Positions 59,820 through 64,000 of a DNA stretch of 64,000 bases are shown here, in pieces. The stretch lies in the NCBI GenBank assembly GCA_965224085.1, contig CBDCYI010000011.1, forward strand, positions 768,001 to 832,000, read 5' to 3'. Under the pieces are notes generated by a model. That model saw only the letters and a list, made by a program, of their open reading frames with translations, was not told where the DNA came from and made no database searches. This DNA comes from Candidatus Marinacidobacterales bacterium (GTDB lineage: Bacteria; Acidobacteriota; Vicinamibacteria; Marinacidobacterales; SMYC01). Position numbers and translations under genes: made by a program. The number at the start of each line of letters is the position of its first letter. Position 1 is the stretch's first letter.

Positions 59820-62800
59820 TTAAAACGCGTGGCCGAGGCTGAAAATAAAGCGCGACCGCTTCTCACCCTCGCGCCGGTCGAGTACCCGGGCCCAGTCCAA
59901 TCGAAGGAGGCCGAAGGGGAGCTCGAAGCGCACACCCAAGCCCGCGCTCTGGCGGAGGTCCGTCAAGCTCAAATCGGAAGCGGTCTCGAAGACGTTGCCG
60001 GCGTCGTAGAATCCGGCCCCGCTCAACCTCCACAGGAGCGGAAAGCGGACCTCCTGGTTGAATATGAGGACGCTCGCACCGCCGAGAGGGCGTAACAAGA
60101 TCGGGTCGACCGGCCCGAGCGTGTTTTGTTCGAAACCCCGGACCGAGTTGGGCCCCCCGGCCTGGAAGCGATCGTCCCCCACGAGACGCTGACCGAAACT
60201 GTTGGCCGCCCCGACGCGATAGCCCGACGCCCAGACAACGTTGCGCCCGATCGGTATGAAGGCAAAGAGCTGGCCGAACAGCTTCACGAACTCGAGATCC
60301 GATCCCAAAGACTTCGGTGCCCCTTGTGCGGTCACGCTCCAGATAACTCCACGGTGCGGGTCGACGATCCGATCCCGGTGATCGCCGATGAGAGCGCCCG
60401 TCACGATGGCGCGGTCCACGGTGATTCTGGGATCGAAGAACCCGTCATCCGGCAGTTCAAGCTCGGTGACCAAGTGCTTGTAGGAATAGCTCCACTGCAC
60501 GCTCAACGCGTCTTTTGACGCACGCCTCTGCTGAGCGGTGATCGTCCAGTTCCGGTCGCTGAACGGGACGAAGTCCTCATCCTCGTTCGGTGAGTCGGCA
60601 CGGGTCTCGCGTTCGATGAAGACGTCGGTGCTCACACGGTAGCGCGAGAGATAGGGCATGCCGTAAGTGAAACGGAAAATGCGCTGGTTCGTGCCCACGA
60701 GAGCACGGAGCCCGGCACGGTGCGCCCGTCCGAAGAGATTGGGCGCCTGCACGTCGCCGAGAGCTTCGAACAGACCGTTCGTCGTAAATCGGAGACCGTA
60801 GTCGACACTCACGTCGGGCGCCTCCACCACCTGCACGACGACGTCGCGCTCCCCGGTCCCCTGGCCCGGCTCGGTCACCACGACTTCCGCGGAGCGGAAG
60901 ATCCGCAGATCGGCGAGGCGTCTTTCGCTCAGGCTCACGTCCGAAGGCCGGATCGGCGCCCCTGGCTCGAGAGCGAGCTCCCGCCGGATCACGCTCTCTC
61001 GCGTCGCCGTGTTCCCGGCGACCTTGACGTCCTTCACCTTCAGTCTCGCCCCTTCACGGATCGTGAACCGTGCCCGAAGGAGCTCTGGCGCCTGGCCGGG
61101 CTCGACGGCCTGGTCGACCTCGACGTCCGCGAACCCTCGGCTTCGGTAGAGAGTCCTGAGCGCCGCACGGTCCTTCACGAAGTCCGTCAGACGAAACGGC
61201 GCCGCTTCGCGAAGCGATAGGCTCGCGCGCACCTCACTCTCATCGAGTGCTTCGACGCCGCGGAGCTCGATGCTCTCCACGATGGACGGCTCGCCTTCGT
61301 CGACGGGAATGGTGACGCGGAGCATCCCCGTCGCAGCGTCGAAGCTCGTTTCGGGCTCGCCAATGACCGCCCGAAGGTAGCCCATCGACGCGCAACGGAC
61401 TCTCAAGCTCTGCTTCAGACGCGGCCGTTTCGACGTTGTCCACTCGTAGAACACAGAGGACGAACGCTTCGGAAGCACGGCAAGCAGCGCCGTATCGGGA
61501 ATCGCCCGGGTTCCGGGAAACTCGATCGCGACACCCGTGCCGCGTGGGCCGCGCCGCACGTTCACCGAGACGGTAATCTCTTCCGCTTCCTCCCGAATGG
61601 CCGCGTCCACGCGTGACAGGTAATACCCGAGCTCGAACAGTTTTCCTTCGGCGATCCGAGTGAGGTCCGATTCGAGAAACGCGTCCGTGGCGTAGCCGTC
61701 CCACGCGGTCGAGAGCGCCTGACGCGTGGCTTTCTCTATAGGGTCACCGTTCCAATCGAAGTGGACGCGTTTACCCGTGGTAACGATCACGTCGAGTTCC
61801 ACGGCGCTCGTCCCCCGCGACGCGGCGTCGAGATCAACGGTGGCTGAAAGGAACCCGCGCTCGCGAAGCCATGTCCGCAGTCGTTCCGTCTTCTCCCGAG
61901 CGTTCCAGTAGTCGTAACGCTGGCCGGCCTCGAGGCCAAGGCGGTCTCTCGCTTCGTTCTCGAGCTCTTCGGGCTCGCCGCTCACGAAATAGAATCCCAC
62001 TCGGGCGACGGTGGCGCTCGGTTGCCGGGACGGGCGAGACCGGTCCTTCAAATCGAGTTGGATCTGCTGGGAAAGCGCCATCGTGAACGCGTTGTCTTCC
62101 TGGCGCACGAGCTGGGTCCTGGCTCGCCTGGGGAGCGCATAGTCGACGATCCAGATTTGCTTCTCAGTGTCGTCCAGCCCGATCGAGTAAACGAACGACA
62201 GCTGATCGTTCAGCGCCGCCCCGAGCGTGAAACGAGCACTGGGATCCGTCTCGCCCTGGATCAGAGCGGGCTCCACTGTGACAATACGGAACGGCAGAAC
62301 CGTCCCGAGTCCGGTCTCGGCGAGAGCGGCCAAATTCGAACCGGCATAGGCCGCCATCTGCTCAACCACGATCGCTCGCCCCTCGGTCGAGATCTGGTCG
62401 ATCTTTCTTCCCGTGAGGAACAGACTGGCAGCATCGCCGCGCGACAGCGCGGTCGGATCGACCCGGGAGACACCGGTGAACTCCGTCACGAGATCATCGG
62501 TGCGTCCACGAACGCTCAACCGTATGTCGTTGTCACCCACCGAAGTGCGCGCCGTGATGTCGAGCTCAGGCGGCTCGATGGGATAGCCTCGAAGCTCAAT
62601 CCGTGCCGCCTCGACGCGGGAGATGTTACGGCCGAAACGGAACTCCCCACCGGGACGGACGGAAACATTTCCGAAGAGCTCGGGCTGCTCGAGGGTGCCC
62701 GCGAGCCTCAAATTGGCGGACGCTTCAACGCGCGCCAAGTTGTTGTCGACGCGCAATCCTTCGACCGTGCGGATACGCATGTCGAGACGCATGCCGCTCT

Positions 62801-64000
62801 TCTCCGTTTCGACGGGAGTCCATCCGCGCAGGTGTGAAAGCGACTGCAACAGCTCTGTCTCGAGACTGAAGTTACGGCTGAAGATCCCGCGCGTGACGTC
62901 CACGCTACCCGAAAGAAGCAGAGCGGTCGGGGCGCCGCTGAGTCGAAGCTGGCCACTGACTTCACTTCTCAAACCTTCGGGATAGCTGATGCGCACCGCG
63001 TCGGCGCGCCCCGCCAGATCGATCTCCTGAATGGACGCTCTCGAGAAGAGAACGCGCCCGCGCCCCATAAATTTGCCGCCGCCCACGTTCGCCTCGAGGC
63101 GTGAGAGCGAAAACGTCTCGTCTTTGATACGAAGCTCCCCGTTGAGCCTCGTGACCGTGACGCCGGGCTCTCGCAGAGACAGGCGGCCATTCTTCACGGA
63201 TGCATGGCCCGAAAGACGAACGGGTTCGCTCGCTTCGCGGGCTTTTTGGGTGTGACGGGCCTTAAGGTCGAGGTCCACGATTCCACTCACGAGCGCTCCC
63301 CGCTCCGCGAGCATCGGCGAGAGCAACGCCATATCCAATCGACCCCGGCTGCGGGCCTCCCATTCGAGCGTCGAAAGGTCGGACGCCGCGACCAGAAGCG
63401 CACCCTCGAGCTCCAGATCGGTTTCGCCACCCCGAAACCGCATTCCGGAAACGACGAGGCGACCTTGTTCGAGTCGCCACGTACCCCCGTCGCTCTCGAC
63501 CTCCACCTTCGGCCCCAGGCTCACGCGATCGAACCGCCCTTCGCCGCGCCATCGAGACGGGTGGGCGACAGCCCCGAAAAGATCGCCGGCGACCGAAACC
63601 CGCGGACGGGGGCCGGGGCCGTTGATGGCGAGCGCTAGCGGATCGATATCGACGAAGGCGAGCTGCCCGCGCGCATCACCCTGATGCAGTGGGACCCGGC
63701 CGGCGAAATCGAATCTCCCACCGAGAAGCTCGCCGCGAAGCCTATCGATCGAGAGAATCGAGTCGAGAGCACGAATACGCGCATCGACCCCATCGAGAAG
63801 CACGCCGCCCAGACGCGCCGCTCCCTCGGATAGGACGACGTCCCCGACGACGTTGGGTCTCGCGAGCTCCCCGGTCCATCGAACGTCCAGATCTGCACGT
63901 CCCGCAAGCTCCGCGCCGGACACAAAGGCGTTCAAGAGCTCGAGACGCGCGACGCCACGCGCGGCCAAACCCACCGGGCCCGACGCGGCCAAGGGAAGCG
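59820..64000 (-). CDS. TamB (DUF490)-like domain fused to POTRA repeats and an Omp85 (TamA/BamA) barrel; 5' end lies outside the window
   Basis: Beta-taco region with P.LDI.A; POTRA G(N)..T; GGPNSVRGF, FYDAGNV and terminal LGHAF. Confidence 0.85.
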   Translation of the reverse strand, partial: LPLAASGPVGLAARGVARLELLNAFVSGAELAGRADLDVRWTGELARPNVVGDVVLSEGAARLGGVLLDGVDARIRALDSILSIDRLRGELLGGRFDFAGRVPLHQGDARGQLAFVDIDPLALAINGPGPRPRVSVAGDLFGAVAHPSRWRGEGRFDRVSLGPKVEVESDGGTWRLEQGRLVVSGMRFRGGETDLELEGALLVAASDLSTLEWEARSRGRLDMALLSPMLAERGALVSGIVDLDLKARHTQKAREASEPVRLSGHASVKNGRLSLREPGVTVTRLNGELRIKDETFSLSRLEANVGGGKFMGRGRVLFSRASIQEIDLAGRADAVRISYPEGLRSEVSGQLRLSGAPTALLLSGSVDVTRGIFSRNFSLETELLQSLSHLRGWTPVETEKSGMRLDMRIRTVEGLRVDNNLARVEASANLRLAGTLEQPELFGNVSVRPGGEFRFGRNISRVEAARIELRGYPIEPPELDITARTSVGDNDIRLSVRGRTDDLVTEFTGVSRVDPTALSRGDAASLFLTGRKIDQISTEGRAIVVEQMAAYAGSNLAALAETGLGTVLPFRIVTVEPALIQGETDPSARFTLGAALNDQLSFVYSIGLDDTEKQIWIVDYALPRRARTQLVRQEDNAFTMALSQQIQLDLKDRSRPSRQPSATVARVGFYFVSGEPEELENEARDRLGLEAGQRYDYWNAREKTERLRTWLRERGFLSATVDLDAASRGTSAVELDVIVTTGKRVHFDWNGDPIEKATRQALSTAWDGYATDAFLESDLTRIAEGKLFELGYYLSRVDAAIREEAEEITVSVNVRRGPRGTGVAIEFPGTRAIPDTALLAVLPKRSSSVFYEWTTSKRPRLKQSLRVRCASMGYLRAVIGEPETSFDAATGMLRVTIPVDEGEPSIVESIELRGVEALDESEVRASLSLREAAPFRLTDFVKDRAALRTLYRSRGFADVEVDQAVEPGQAPELLRARFTIREGARLKVKDVKVAGNTATRESVIRRELALEPGAPIRPSDVSLSERRLADLRIFRSAEVVVTEPGQGTGERDVVVQVVEAPDVSVDYGLRFTTNGLFEALGDVQAPNLFGRAHRAGLRALVGTNQRIFRFTYGMPYLSRYRVSTDVFIERETRADSPNEDEDFVPFSDRNWTITAQQRRASKDALSVQWSYSYKHLVTELELPDDGFFDPRITVDRAIVTGALIGDHRDRIVDPHRGVIWSVTAQGAPKSLGSDLEFVKLFGQLFAFIPIGRNVVWASGYRVGAANSFGQRLVGDDRFQAGGPNSVRGFEQNTLGPVDPILLRPLGGASVLIFNQEVRFPLLWRLSGAGFYDAGNVFETASDLSLTDLRQSAGLGVRFELPFGLLRLDWARVLDRREGEKRSRFIFSLGHAF

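Overview
GC-rich bacterial chromosomal window. Gene content suggests an Acidobacteriota (Vicinamibacteria-like) organism, but this is inference only. It carries intact housekeeping and energy genes: malic enzyme, isocitrate/isopropylmalate dehydrogenase, glgA, a K+-dependent membrane pyrophosphatase, ppc, Na+ symporters, an ATP-dependent ligase and a TamB-Omp85 fusion. Three features stand out. (1) A complex I-like operon nuoABCDHIJKN lacks nuoEFG and also nuoL/nuoM, and is followed directly by a 7Fe ferredoxin. (2) A decaying integron at about 19.9-27.0 kb has an intI remnant, seven related attC sites, two toxin-antitoxin cassettes, an IS1380 with a MITE in one TTAA site, and two IS200 elements. 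Here short segments (one attC, part of intI, part of tnpA) are inverted in place. (3) A five-gene putative organoarsenic operon at 49.9-54.8 kb encodes a DUF2064 transferase, a flavin oxidoreductase, a non-ArsS radical SAM enzyme, a degenerate Cys-bearing metallophosphoesterase and an ArsM-like methyltransferase. Many dispensable genes survive only as deletion scars or chimeric ORFs. No rRNA, tRNA or CRISPR array was recognised. All family calls come from motif recognition, not database searches.
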